Shown in pieces: positions 1 through 11,538 of a stretch of 64,000 bases of DNA; the first letter of the stretch is position 1, and each line of letters begins with the position of its first letter. The stretch spans positions 288,001-352,000 of the forward strand of contig CAVSAC010000014.1 in the NCBI GenBank assembly GCA_963725865.1, in the 5' to 3' direction. Source of the DNA: Candidatus Eiseniibacteriota bacterium. Lineage in GTDB: Bacteria > Eisenbacteria > RBG-16-71-46. The notes under the pieces are model-generated. The model saw only the letters and a list, made by a program, of their open reading frames with translations, was not told where the DNA came from and did no database searches. The position numbers and the translations under genes were made by a program.

Positions 1-807
1 CATCCCGAGCACGCCGTCGTGATCGATCCCGGAGTGCTGCCCGCCGAGCTCGACGACCTCGCCCGCGCGGTCCAGGAGTCGGGGGCGGCCGACATCACTC
101 TGGTGTTCACCCACGCGCACTGGGACCACGTGCTCGGCCGCCCGTGGTGGCCGGCCGCCCGCACGCTCGCCCACGACCGCTTCGCGGCGGAGCTGCAGCG
201 CGACGCGGCCGCGATCCGCGCCGAGGCCGAGCGCTGTGCCGCCGGGCACGGCGCGCGCTTCCGGCAGCCGTTCGAGCCGTTCGTCCCCGACGACGCGGTC
301 GCGGGGCTGCACTTCCACCCGCTGCGCCCGTGGCGGCCGGTGTTTCGCGACGCGTTCGGCCACAGCGGCAGTCAGATCAGCGTGCACCTGCCGGAGCAGC
401 GCGTGCTCGTCGCGGCCGACATGTTGTCCGACCTCGAGGTGCCCATCCTCGACGGCCCGCCCGAGGTGTACGTGCGCACGCTCGAGGCGCTGTGCCCGCT
501 GCTCGACGGCGGCGCGCTCGAGACGCTGGTGCCCGGCCACGGCGCGGTGGCGCACGGCGCGGGCGCGGTGCGCGAGCGGCTGGAGCGCGACCTCGACTAC
601 CTGCGCACGCTGGCCACCCGCGCGCGCGCGGCCCGGGCGGCCGGCCACTCCGAGGACGCTGCCGTCGCGGCGCTCGAGGACATGGCGTACGTCGGCAAGG
701 GCGCGGCCTACTCGATGGCTGAATACCATCGCGCCAACGCGCGCTTCGCGTGGCGCGCGGCGGGCGAGCCGCAGGGCCGCGCGAGGCCGCCGGGCCCGCG
801 GCGATGA
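1..807 (+). CDS. MBL-fold metallo-hydrolase (probably 5'-truncated by the window edge)
   Basis: HxHxDH motif THAHWDH, then GHS, AADML and PGHG. The frame is open from base 1. Confidence 0.85.
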   Translation, partial: HPEHAVVIDPGVLPAELDDLARAVQESGAADITLVFTHAHWDHVLGRPWWPAARTLAHDRFAAELQRDAAAIRAEAERCAAGHGARFRQPFEPFVPDDAVAGLHFHPLRPWRPVFRDAFGHSGSQISVHLPEQRVLVAADMLSDLEVPILDGPPEVYVRTLEALCPLLDGGALETLVPGHGAVAHGAGAVRERLERDLDYLRTLATRARAARAAGHSEDAAVAALEDMAYVGKGAAYSMAEYHRANARFAWRAAGEPQGRARPPGPRR

Positions 808-1982
808 TCGAGCCCAAGGCGCTCCATCGCCGCATCGAACGCTCGCTCGAGGGACTCCCGAACGGCGGCTCGCTCGAGCGCTTCGCGGCGCGGCTCGCGC
901 CGCGCGTGCTCGAGCAGCTCGGTCACGGCCTCGGCCTGGCGGCCGTGCACGTGTATCGCCGCGAGGCCGTCGGGATCGTGCTCGAGAGGCGCTGCGGCGA
1001 AGGCCGGCCCGACCTCGCGGCCGAGCTGCATCGGCGCCTCGCAGGCCACGGCGACGGCGCGATCGGCGAGCTGCCGTGGACCGGCGAGCACGGGACCGGA
1101 CCACTCGCGCTGGTGCCGGTCGGCGAGGATGCGAGCGTCCTGCTGGCGCTGTTCGGTGCCCCGCCCGGCGGACTCTCGGGCGTGCCCACGCACGCCCAGT
1201 TCGCCTCCGCGGTCGCCGCGCTGCACTACGCGATCGGCCAGCACCTGCGCCGGCGCGAGCTGGAGGACCTGTTCGCGCAGGCCCGCGCCATCCAGCTGAG
1301 CCTGCTCCCCACGGCGCCGCCGGTGTTCGGCAACTTCGACATCGCCGCGCTCAGTCTCCCCGCCAGCGCGGTGGGGGGCGACTACTTCGACTTCATCGAG
1401 GTGGACGGCGACTCGCTCGGACTGGCCGTCGCTGATGCCTCGGGCCACGGTCTGCCGGCCGCGCTCCAGGCCCGCGACGTCGCCACCGGCCTGCGCATGG
1501 GAGTCGAGCGCGACCTCAAGATCACGCGGGTGATCGAGAAGCTCAACCGCGTCATCCACCGCAGCGGGCTCACCACGCGGTTCATCTCGCTGGTCTACGG
1601 CGAGCTCCACTCCAACGGCAACTTCCTATACATCAACGCCGGCCATCCCCCGCCGCAGCTGCTCGACCAGCACGGGTTCCACGATCTGAGCATGGGCGGG
1701 CTGCTGCTCGGGCCCGAGCTCCATACCACCTACAAGCTCGGCTTCGCTCACATGGACCGCGGCGGCGCGCTGGCGATGTTCAGCGACGGCGTGATCGAGC
1801 ACGGCATCGGGGACGGCGACGCCGGCTTCGGCGTGGAGCGCGTGCGCACCTGGATGGAAGCCTGGCGCGAGGGACCGGCTCAGGACGCGGTCGCCGATCT
1901 GATGCGACGCCTCACCGACTACGGCAGCGGCACGTCGTTCGAGGACGACGTCACCGTGCTGTTCGTGCGCCGCCCGCGCTAG
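804..1982 (+). CDS. PP2C/SpoIIE-family protein serine phosphatase (RsbU-like)
   Basis: Motifs VGGDYFD, ADASGHG, INAGHPPP, FSDGVIE and EDDVT. ATGA overlap with the upstream stop at 804-807. Confidence 0.9.
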   Translation: MIEPKALHRRIERSLEGLPNGGSLERFAARLAPRVLEQLGHGLGLAAVHVYRREAVGIVLERRCGEGRPDLAAELHRRLAGHGDGAIGELPWTGEHGTGPLALVPVGEDASVLLALFGAPPGGLSGVPTHAQFASAVAALHYAIGQHLRRRELEDLFAQARAIQLSLLPTAPPVFGNFDIAALSLPASAVGGDYFDFIEVDGDSLGLAVADASGHGLPAALQARDVATGLRMGVERDLKITRVIEKLNRVIHRSGLTTRFISLVYGELHSNGNFLYINAGHPPPQLLDQHGFHDLSMGGLLLGPELHTTYKLGFAHMDRGGALAMFSDGVIEHGIGDGDAGFGVERVRTWMEAWREGPAQDAVADLMRRLTDYGSGTSFEDDVTVLFVRRPR

Positions 1983-2018
1983 CGGCGGGCCCGGCTGCCG
2001 CCGCGCCGGCGTGTCCCC

Positions 2019-2618
2019 TCAGGGCAGTTCGGAGTGGTTGGCGATCACGCGCGACACGATGCCGTACTCGATCGCCTCGCTGGCGTTCATCCAGAAGTCG
2101 CGCTCGATGTCGGACAGCACCTGCTCGAGCGACTTGCCGGTCTCCTGCGCCACGACGCGCGCGATCCGCTCGCGCGTGCGCACGATCTCCTTGGCCTGGA
2201 TCGCGATGTCGGTCACCTGGCCCCCGACGCCGCCGCCGGGCTGGTGGATCATGAAGCGGGTGTTGGGCAGGCACACGCGGCGCGCCTTCGGGGCCGCGAG
2301 GAAGATGTGCGTCCCCGCGCTCGCCACCCATCCCGAGCCCACGGTGGTGACCGGAGAGCGCACGAAGCGGATCATGTCGTGGATCGCGTCCCCGGACTCG
2401 ACGTGTCCGCCCGGCGACGAGATCAGCACGCGGATCGGCTTTTGCGATTCCTGGTCGAGCGCGATCAGCCGCTCGCACGCCGAGCGTGCCATCTCGGAGT
2501 CGATCGAGCCGAAGACGAGCACATAGCGCGCCTTGAACGACAGCCGCCCTTCGAGCGTGGTGAGCATGTCGGGGGCACCCGGCTCGTCGTCGCCGAGGGC
2601 CAGGGGTCGGTCCAGCAT
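2019..2618 (-). CDS. clpP: ATP-dependent Clp protease proteolytic subunit
   Basis: ISSPGG, catalytic Ser in VASAG, His in MIHQP, and ERDFWM. GGAGG SD upstream. Confidence 0.92.
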   Translation of the reverse strand: MLDRPLALGDDEPGAPDMLTTLEGRLSFKARYVLVFGSIDSEMARSACERLIALDQESQKPIRVLISSPGGHVESGDAIHDMIRFVRSPVTTVGSGWVASAGTHIFLAAPKARRVCLPNTRFMIHQPGGGVGGQVTDIAIQAKEIVRTRERIARVVAQETGKSLEQVLSDIERDFWMNASEAIEYGIVSRVIANHSELP

Positions 2619-2669
2619 GGGGTTTCCTCCAGGGGAGCAGACGGAACGCTGCGGCGCGCAGCGGGCAAT

Positions 2670-4118
2670 CTACCAGCTACGCGCGCGCACGTCCCGCCGC
2701 AGCCGTGCGGTGACCGCTTCGAGGTCCAGTCCGAGCGCCCGCGCGATCTCGCGGCCGACCTCGGAGTTCTCGTGCACGCCGACGAAGCGCTCGCGGCCGG
2801 GACCGAACGCGTAGAGCCCGACGTCCGCCGCGGTGTGTCCGTTGGTGGCCCAGGCCACGCGCGCGCGGCGGTTGACGATCTCGGCGATCGCCCCGGCGAG
2901 CCAGCCGCGACCGGCGAGCCCGTCGGCGATCGCCCGGCGCTCGTCCGCGTCCAGGCTGTCGACTCCCGCCGACTCGCGCAGGACGACCGCCGGGGGAGCT
3001 CCCGCGCGCATGTGATCCGCCATCCGCGCGGCCGAGTGGCGCACTCGCGCGATCGCTTCGGGCTGCAGGTCGCTGTGGCTCGCGTCACCGATCCGCCGCG
3101 CCAGGGTGAGTCCGCCGGTCTCGTGATCGGCGCACGAAATCACCAGCGTGCGCCCGTCGTTCCGCGCGAACTCGAGCACCGCCCGCACGGCGTCATCGTA
3201 TTCGAGCGCCTCGCGCACCGTCGCCGGCGCGTCGTTGTCGTGGGCCGCGTGGTCGATGCGGCTGCCCTCGACCATCAGAAAGAACCCGCGGGGCGCGCGC
3301 GACAGGCGCGCGAGCGCCGCCTCGGTCATCTCCAGCAGGCGCGGCTGGGAGAGCGAGTCCTGGTCGAGCGCGTACTCCATGTGGTCCATCGCGAACAGCC
3401 CGAGCAGCGGGCGCGCCCCGGGTGCCGCCGCGGCGTGGCGGCCGACGTGCAGGCTCACCACGGGCGCGGCGACCCGCGCGGCGCGCTCGAGCCCTTCGCG
3501 ATCCACCAGCACCTCGACGCCGCGCGCGCGCGACTCCGCGAGCAGATCGCGCCCGTCCCGGCGCTCGCCCCCGGCGGCCTCCGGCACGAACCGCGAGCGA
3601 CCGCCGCCCAGCAGCACTTCGATCCCCTGTTCCAGCATCTGCGCGGCGATCAGGTCCTCGGAGGCGCGCTGGTCGACGTGCGCTGCGAACGCCGCGGGGG
3701 TGGCGTGGGTGATGCGGCTGGTGGCCACCAGTCCGGTCGCGAGTCCCTTCGCCTCGGCCGCCTCGAGCAGTGTGCCGAGCGCGAGGTGGAGCGTGTCCTC
3801 GCTGATGCCGCCGTTGTAGGTCTTGTGGCCGGTCGCCAGCGCGGTCGCCGCGGCCCCCGAGTCGGTGACGCGGGCGTCGCTCGAGTGGGTCAGCGCCGCG
3901 CCGACCAGCATGCCGTCGAGCGCCAGCGGGTGCCCCGCGACCATGCGCGCGAGCGCCAGCGTCGCCGGCCCGCAGCCATCGGGGATCATGAGCACGACGT
4001 TGCGCGGGTGGGTCGGCGCCGCCGCGGTGGCCGCCGCGCGGGCCGCCGGCGGCGCGGCGAGAGCGACGATCGAGATCGCGAGCGCGATCGACGAGGCGAA
4101 GCGGGGCGGGGTCGGCAT
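2670..4118 (-). CDS. Alkaline phosphatase (PhoA-type), secreted
   Basis: Signal peptide. Motifs PDGCG, TDSGAAAT, HATPAAF, EGSRIDHAAH, ADHETGG and GHT. Confidence 0.9.
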   Translation of the reverse strand: MPTPPRFASSIALAISIVALAAPPAARAAATAAAPTHPRNVVLMIPDGCGPATLALARMVAGHPLALDGMLVGAALTHSSDARVTDSGAAATALATGHKTYNGGISEDTLHLALGTLLEAAEAKGLATGLVATSRITHATPAAFAAHVDQRASEDLIAAQMLEQGIEVLLGGGRSRFVPEAAGGERRDGRDLLAESRARGVEVLVDREGLERAARVAAPVVSLHVGRHAAAAPGARPLLGLFAMDHMEYALDQDSLSQPRLLEMTEAALARLSRAPRGFFLMVEGSRIDHAAHDNDAPATVREALEYDDAVRAVLEFARNDGRTLVISCADHETGGLTLARRIGDASHSDLQPEAIARVRHSAARMADHMRAGAPPAVVLRESAGVDSLDADERRAIADGLAGRGWLAGAIAEIVNRRARVAWATNGHTAADVGLYAFGPGRERFVGVHENSEVGREIARALGLDLEAVTARLRRDVRARSW

Positions 4119-4264
4119 CGGGCAGCCACTCCTGGGTTGGGCGCGAGGTGCCGGGAGCATGCGCGATGCACCGGCGGCGCGCAACGGCGGACAGCAAGAG
4201 CCGTCGCGGTCGTCGTGTCACGCGCGTCCGCAGGTGCGGGCTCGGAGCCGTCGCCGCAGCCGCC

Positions 4265-5068
4265 TCAGCGATAGCGGGTCTTCATCGCACCCCAGGTCGA
4301 GGTCGCCGCCGGCACCGTCATCAGGCAGGCGGTCTCGTTGTACCGCTGCCAGGTCGCGAGGTTGCCCTCGTTCGGCCCACCCCAGAGGAACACCGGGCTC
4401 GCCGGCTGCGGATCCTGCACCAATTGGATCTGCAGCAAGCGAACCCCGATCGCGGTGCAGCAACCGCCGCAGGCCGGGATCCCGGTGGTGTGCGCGTGCG
4501 AGAGCCGGCCGCGGAAGGCGTAGTACTCGTGGCCCGCGAGCAGGATCGTGGCCTGATCGATCGGGAGCGTGACCTCGATCGTGACCTGCGCGACGCTGGA
4601 GTCCAGGCCGTACGGAAGGCCGCGCTCCGGCTGGAACGGCCACACGTGGCGGGCGAGGACGAGGGCTGGGTTCCCAAGGAAGTCCTCGACTCCGGTCGCG
4701 GACACGAACGGCTCGCCGGTGAAATCGGCGGAGGTCGTGAAGGAGTTGGCGCGGCAGCCCCCGGGCTGCATCCGCCACCACTCGGGGAGCGGCGGCTGGA
4801 TGTGGTCGAGGACCAGTCGCAGCGAGCGCACTTCGAGCGTCGCGACGAACCCGACCACGCTGGAAACGTCGGCGTCTGGAACGAACGAGCCCACCAGTTC
4901 GTCGGTGCCGGTGTTCTCCCCGCACGCGAACGAACGATCCTCCAGTCCGCCCGCGCCGAGCGCCTGGTCCCACTTCAGGTACGCGCCCGGGGCCGGTTGC
5001 GCGAGCGCGATCGACGCGCACGCGAGAGGCGTCAGGAGGAACGCGGCGATACGCGGTAGCCAGGGCAT
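4265..5068 (-). CDS. Secreted Cys-rich hypothetical protein with C-terminal STWGAMKTRYR tail
   Basis: GGAGG SD and signal peptide. Motifs C..N.G, LPEWW..GGCR and C.GC are shared with the 26-30 kb family. Confidence 0.75.
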   Translation of the reverse strand: MPWLPRIAAFLLTPLACASIALAQPAPGAYLKWDQALGAGGLEDRSFACGENTGTDELVGSFVPDADVSSVVGFVATLEVRSLRLVLDHIQPPLPEWWRMQPGGCRANSFTTSADFTGEPFVSATGVEDFLGNPALVLARHVWPFQPERGLPYGLDSSVAQVTIEVTLPIDQATILLAGHEYYAFRGRLSHAHTTGIPACGGCCTAIGVRLLQIQLVQDPQPASPVFLWGGPNEGNLATWQRYNETACLMTVPAATSTWGAMKTRYR

Positions 5069-5197
5069 GGGCACCTCCAGCAAGCGGGTTCTCGGTGGAA
5101 CCACATCCATGGTACCGCGCGGGCGGACCGCTTGCCTGCAGTTCCGTGCGGCCCCCGGACCGGTCCGCGAAACGCGACGAAATCCGCGCGGTCGGAG

Positions 5198-6931
5198 TCA
5201 GCGCATGCGATACAGGTACATGCAGCGGGCGGGCCGGGCGACCGGCTCGAGGCTGTCGAAGGCGCGCGTGTCGAAGCGGACGAAGTCCGTCCGCCCCGTC
5301 GGGGTGACCATGTGCTGCGAGAGCCCGACGCGGTAGTAGCTGCTCATCGCCAGCCAGTCGCTCTGCGGGCCCGGCACGCCGCCGAGATAGGGAACGTAGT
5401 CGATGCCGTAGACGGCCGGGTCGGTGGTGCCGTGGTAGGCCAGATGGATCCGGTGGATGCCGCGCGCCCGCATCTCGTCCCGGAGTGCGAGCAGCCCCTG
5501 TCCCCAATCGACGTTGGAGTCGTTCAACGCCCGGTCGTGGACCGCCGGCGCCCCGGCGAATGGATTGAACGAGGTGAGGTACCACGGCGCGACCGACGCG
5601 GTCTCGATCGCAAGCCCGAGCACGGCCGCCAGCGCAACGCCGGAGCGCCAGCGCCCACCCCGGGGGACGGCGCACACCACGCTCGACGACAGCACGCACA
5701 CGAACGGCAGGACGGGGAGCACGTAGCGGACCCCGGCATTGAGCTGCACCACGAACATTGCCGCCAGCAGGTACGCGGCCGGCGGGAGCACGAAGCAGGC
5801 CTCGTCCTGCCACGGGCGCTCCGCGCGCCGGAACATCGCGGCGCATGCGAGCACCAGCAGCGCCAACAGCTCGATCGGCCACTTGAGTCCGATCGCGAGC
5901 GGAAAATAGAACGGCACCCGTTGCGTGAGGATGCGGCCGAACAGGAACGTCGGCGTGATCCCCGCCTGGCCCTCGAACGATTGGTGGTCGAGCCCCGCCA
6001 GCCAGGCGTCGGGCAACGGCAGCCGCAGCTCGGGCAGGGCGCGAGCGATCGTCTCGAACCGGTCCGACTCGAACGGCAGCGAGCGGAGCGGCGCGAACGA
6101 GACCTGCCCGAGGTAGCCGACCCAGAGCGCCGCGACGGCGACCGGCAGCAGGAGCACCAGCCCCGCCGCGAGGCGGCCGATCCTGCGGTCCGGGCGGCGC
6201 CAGGTCGCGACCGCCGCCAGCAGCGGCAGCAGCGGCAGGAGCGCGAGCGACGTGAGTCGCGTCAGGAGTGCAAAGCTCAACGCGCCGGCGGTGACCCACC
6301 ACCAGCGCCAGCTCCCGCTCGTCGAGTAGCGCCAACCCGCAGCCACCGTGGCGAGCCATCCCAGCGCGGTCGCGGTGTCGAGTGTGGCGAGCCCGCCGTG
6401 CGCGAGCGCCTCCGGTGTGAGCGCGTAGAGCGCCAGGGCCAGCAATCCGGCGGCGGGCCCAAAGAGGGCGCGCGCGCAGGCCATCACCACGAGCGCGAGG
6501 ACCATCGAGAGCGCGAGCGTCACGCACCGCGCCGCGAGGTAGACCCGGTGGTAGCGGTCCGCGTTCGCGCGCAGGAACGCCGCGCCCGCTTCGTACTGTC
6601 CGTGCCGTACCCATTCGCGCCCCGGGGGCACGCGGGCGCCGGCGGCCAGCGCCGCGGCGGCCTGAAGTGACTTGACCAGCGGGGGATTCACCGGGGAGAC
6701 CATGAAGTCGCGGCGCGCGACCACCGCGACGCCCGAGGAAAGATGGAAGTTCTCGTCGAACGTGACCGAGTTCCTCACCGCGCCCCAGCCCGCCATTCCG
6801 AGATGGAGCGCCAACAGCAGAGCGGCGACCCACGCGCCTTTCGCGGCGTCCGCCCACGATCGTCCGGCGCGCGTGGTCGGCGCGGGGCCGCGGGGGCTGC
6901 CAGCCCGGCGCGTCCCGCGCGGAGCGCTCAT
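5198..6931 (-). CDS. GT-C fold membrane glycosyltransferase (ArnT/PMT_2, GT39/83-like)
   Basis: TFDE..H after the first TM helix, then NPPL, ATLD, many TM segments and DSNVDWGQ. The start is approximate. Confidence 0.8.
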   Translation of the reverse strand: MSAPRGTRRAGSPRGPAPTTRAGRSWADAAKGAWVAALLLALHLGMAGWGAVRNSVTFDENFHLSSGVAVVARRDFMVSPVNPPLVKSLQAAAALAAGARVPPGREWVRHGQYEAGAAFLRANADRYHRVYLAARCVTLALSMVLALVVMACARALFGPAAGLLALALYALTPEALAHGGLATLDTATALGWLATVAAGWRYSTSGSWRWWWVTAGALSFALLTRLTSLALLPLLPLLAAVATWRRPDRRIGRLAAGLVLLLPVAVAALWVGYLGQVSFAPLRSLPFESDRFETIARALPELRLPLPDAWLAGLDHQSFEGQAGITPTFLFGRILTQRVPFYFPLAIGLKWPIELLALLVLACAAMFRRAERPWQDEACFVLPPAAYLLAAMFVVQLNAGVRYVLPVLPFVCVLSSSVVCAVPRGGRWRSGVALAAVLGLAIETASVAPWYLTSFNPFAGAPAVHDRALNDSNVDWGQGLLALRDEMRARGIHRIHLAYHGTTDPAVYGIDYVPYLGGVPGPQSDWLAMSSYYRVGLSQHMVTPTGRTDFVRFDTRAFDSLEPVARPARCMYLYRMR

Positions 6932-6995
6932 GGCGCCACCTCGTCGCGGGTGCGCGGGCCTGGAGCGCGCGCGGGCGAACGGCCGCTCGGGGCGG

Positions 6996-8699
6996 TCACA
7001 GCTCTCCCTCGCAGACCCACAGCAGCTCGCGGCCGTCGGGGCCACGGACGATGTGCGAGGGCCGTTCGAGGCCGAGCTCGTGCGGTCGCACGACGAAGAT
7101 CGCGTGCACCCGGCGGCCCGTGGCCCGCAGCGAATCCACGTAGGGCGCGCACTCACGGCCGTAGAGGAAGTAGTTCTTGCCGTAGCGCACGTAGTAGTCC
7201 CATCCGCCGGGGCCGGGCCGGATGTCCTTCGGATCCCGCTGCCAACGCGCGGGATCGTATTCGAGTCCGACCAGCGTCATGGCGAACGGCATGTTCACGC
7301 CGGCGGTCGTCCAGAAGACGGCATCCGCGCGCGGGAACCGCGGTCGGACGTACTCGCACGCCTGCATGAAGTCGGCATGGAAGAGGAAGTAGACCGGCGG
7401 ACGTTCCCGCCACGCTCCGAAATAGGTGGCGATGGAGCGCGCATCCTGCAGCATCGTGCTGGCGAGGAGCGCCACCGCCGCGGCCCAGGCGAGCGCGCGA
7501 CTCCGCCCGCGCATCCACCGCCAGCCGCGGGTGGCGCCCAGCGCCGCGAGCAGCACCAGCGCGACCATCCCGGGAGAGCTGCGGAAGGCGTGGACGCCGT
7601 CGTACCGACCGACGAGGTCGCCGGCGGGATAGGCGAGCACCATCGCCAGCAGCAGCGCGCACGAGGCCGAGCCGCGGCTGCCCCGCAGGGCGGCCACGAG
7701 TCCGATCAGCATCAGCGGGAGCATCGTCCACTCGAAGGCGCCCGAGTCGGCCGGCGCGTTGCCCGGGTCGACGTCGCCGCGCACGAACAGGAAGCGCGGC
7801 CCGAAATGGAGCGCGTAGCGTCCGAGCACCCGGAGCGCGATCTCGACCGGTGGAGTCCCGGGCTCCCACAGCCGGGTCATCGCGCCCCGGATCGCGATCC
7901 CGGGATCCGTGAAGTGCCGAACCACGAGCGGCCCGAACGTGACCGCGAGTCCCACCACGAATGCCAGCGCGGCCAGCGTTCCCGCGCGGGTGCGCAGTCG
8001 CGCCCGCCGGTGGTGCCAGGTGAGGAGCGCCGTCAGCGCGAGGAAGACCGGCAGATGCAGCCGCAGCGCCCAGTATCCGTAGCAGGCCGCGCCCGCGACG
8101 GCGCCGGCCAGCCCGGCGAGCGCGGGATTCGCGGGCCGTGGCTCGCCGTCGGCGATCGGCAGTCCCGCCCGCAGCATCAGGGCGACGGTGGCGAGCGTGA
8201 GGAAGGGGACGATGCTGCCGTCGATCGCCCAGCGCGTGCTCGAGAAGTGCCAGGGGTTCGCCACGAGCAGCGCGGCCGCCACGAGTCCGCAGGCGCGCCC
8301 GAAGAGTCGCGAGCCGACGGCGACCATGAGCGGCACGCACAGGATGCCGCTCACCGCCGCGGCCGAGCGCATCGCGACGACACCGAGACCGCCGAGCGCC
8401 TGGAAGGGGATCAGCCAGTAGATGAGCAGGGTCGTGCGGTTGTCGCCGATCGCGTGCGCGTAGAAGACCGGCCAGCGCGCGCCCACCATGTCGCGTCCGG
8501 TCTCGAGCAGGCACTGGGCGTTCCAGGCGTTGATGGCCTCGTCCTGATTGAGCCCCGGGGGCGAGCGATCGAGCCACACCAGGCGAAGGACGGCCGCCAG
8601 GGCCGTGAGGACGAGGATCAGGATCGCCGTCGTGCGCGCGGAGGGTTCCCCGGCCCGGACACCGATCTCAGATTCGGGAGGCCGACCGGATCGGGCCAT
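6996..8699 (-). CDS. GT-C fold membrane glycosyltransferase (ArnT/PMT_2-like)
   Basis: LRL..L...PPGLNQDEA motif, NPWHFSSTRWA and a polytopic hydrophobic pattern. Confidence 0.8.
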   Translation of the reverse strand: MARSGRPPESEIGVRAGEPSARTTAILILVLTALAAVLRLVWLDRSPPGLNQDEAINAWNAQCLLETGRDMVGARWPVFYAHAIGDNRTTLLIYWLIPFQALGGLGVVAMRSAAAVSGILCVPLMVAVGSRLFGRACGLVAAALLVANPWHFSSTRWAIDGSIVPFLTLATVALMLRAGLPIADGEPRPANPALAGLAGAVAGAACYGYWALRLHLPVFLALTALLTWHHRRARLRTRAGTLAALAFVVGLAVTFGPLVVRHFTDPGIAIRGAMTRLWEPGTPPVEIALRVLGRYALHFGPRFLFVRGDVDPGNAPADSGAFEWTMLPLMLIGLVAALRGSRGSASCALLLAMVLAYPAGDLVGRYDGVHAFRSSPGMVALVLLAALGATRGWRWMRGRSRALAWAAAVALLASTMLQDARSIATYFGAWRERPPVYFLFHADFMQACEYVRPRFPRADAVFWTTAGVNMPFAMTLVGLEYDPARWQRDPKDIRPGPGGWDYYVRYGKNYFLYGRECAPYVDSLRATGRRVHAIFVVRPHELGLERPSHIVRGPDGRELLWVCEGEL

Positions 8700-8893
8700 C
8701 GGGCACGCCGAGCTGGGAAATGGTCATGAAAGGGGTGTCTCCGAGGGGTCGTTCGGTGAGCGGTTAGCATGCGCGAAACCGCCGTACGCGCACAAGGCGA
8801 CGGTTCGGCTCGGCGGTCCGCGCTGGCGCGCGATGGGCGCGCTGCGGCGCGCCGGCGCGTGCGCTCGCGCTTCACCTGCGCGAGTCAGGTGCC

Positions 8894-8922
8894 TAGACGC
8901 GGGCCCGCGTCGCCGCTAGGCT
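8894..8922 (+). promoter_or_regulatory. Putative sigma70-type promoter of the nucleoside ABC operon
   Basis: TAGACG-N17-TAGGCT, ending 10 nt before ATG 8933. Confidence 0.4.
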
Positions 8923-8932
8923 CCGCTCTCCC

Positions 8933-10455
8933 ATGATCGCACCGGCCGTCTCCCTGCGCGGCATCTCGCGCCGCTTCGGGTCCTGCGTCGCCAACCAGGA
9001 TGTCTCGCTCGACCTCGCCCCCGGCGAGATCCACGCGCTGGTGGGCGAGAACGGCGCGGGCAAGACCACATTGATGCGGGTGCTCTACGGCCTGCTGCGC
9101 CCCGATTCGGGCAGCATCTCGCTCGACGGGCGCGCGGTGCACATCGCCAGTCCGGCACACGCCATGCGACTGGGCCTCGGCATGGTGCACCAGCACTTCA
9201 TGCTGGTCGATACGCTCACGGTGGCCGAGAACGTCACGCTCGCACGCGAGCCCGGCGGCGGCCTCGGTGCCTTCCGTCGCGCCGCCGCCGAACAGGCGGT
9301 GGCGGAGCTGTCCGAGCGCTACCATCTCCCGGTCGACCCGCGCGCGCGGGTGCGCACGCTGTCGGTGGGCGCCCAGCAGCGGGTGGAGATCCTCAAGGCG
9401 CTGTATCACGGCGCGCGTGTGTTGATCCTCGACGAGCCGACCGCGGTGCTGACCCCGCACGAGGTCGACGAACTCTTCGCGGTGCTGCGCGCGCTGCAGG
9501 CGAACGGCACGACGATCGTGCTCATCACCCACAAGCTCGGCGAGGTGAAGGCCCTCGCCCAGCGCGTCACCGTGATGCGCGCTTCACGCGTGGTGGGCGG
9601 CGGCGCGGTCGCCGACCTCTCGACCGCCGAGATCGCCGCGCTCATGGTCGGCAAGCCGATCGCCGAGCTGCAGCCGCGCGCGGCGCGCCCGCCGGGCGTG
9701 GTGGCGCTCGCGGTGCGCGACCTCGAGGTGCACGGCCACCGCGGGCTGCCCGCGGTGCGCGGCATCTCGTTCGAGGTGCGCGCGGGCGAGATCGTGGGGC
9801 TCGCCGGGGTCGAGGGCAACGGCCAGCACGAGCTGATCGAGTGCCTCGCCGGGCTGCTGCCGCCGGCGCGCGGCACCATCGAGATCGCGGGCCACACCGT
9901 CAGCGGGCGCTCGGCGCGCGAGCACCGCGCCGCGGGCCTCGCGCACATCCCGAGCGACCGCCTGCGCCGCGGGCTCGTGATCGAGATGTCGCTGGCCGAG
10001 AATCTCGCGCTCGGCCGCCAGCGCGAGCCCGCGTTCGGCCGCGGACCGCTGCTCGAGCGCGCTTCGCTCGAGCGCCACGCTCGCCCGCTGCTGGCCGCCT
10101 ACGACGTGCGCCCGGCGGATCCCGCGGCGCGCGCCGGGGCACTGTCGGGCGGCAACCAGCAGAAGCTGATCGCCGCGCGCGAGCTCTCGCGCGGCGTGCC
10201 GGTGGTGATCGCCGCCCACCCGACGCGCGGCGTCGACCTCGGCGCGGTGGCGTTCCTCCATCGGCGGCTGCTCGAGGAGCGCGACGCCGGGCGCGCGGTG
10301 CTGCTGGTGTCGTCCGAGCTGAGCGAGATCCTCGCGCTCAGCGACCGCGTGCTGGTGCTCTACGAGGGCCGCATCGCGCTCGCGACCACGCCGGCGGACA
10401 CCACGGAGCGCGCGCTCGGGCTGTGCATGACCGGGCGCGCGGTGGAGCGCCACGC

Positions 10456-10459
<4 letters not shown>
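8933..10459 (+). CDS. Sugar/nucleoside ABC transporter ATP-binding protein (double ABC domain)
   Basis: GENGAGKT, MVHQHFML, LILDEPT, LSGGNQQK and PTRGVD. Confidence 0.93.

Positions 10460-11537
<1,078 letters not shown>

Positions 11538-11538
<1 letters not shown>

Noticed and set aside
2034..4274. Long antisense and alternate-frame ORFs (e.g. 2034..4274 +, 13162..15600 +, 36647..38920 +, 43553..45640 +, 60930..62999 +)
   Set aside because: These are shadow ORFs of high-GC genes. They are R/A/G/P-rich, motif-free and overlap well-supported genes.
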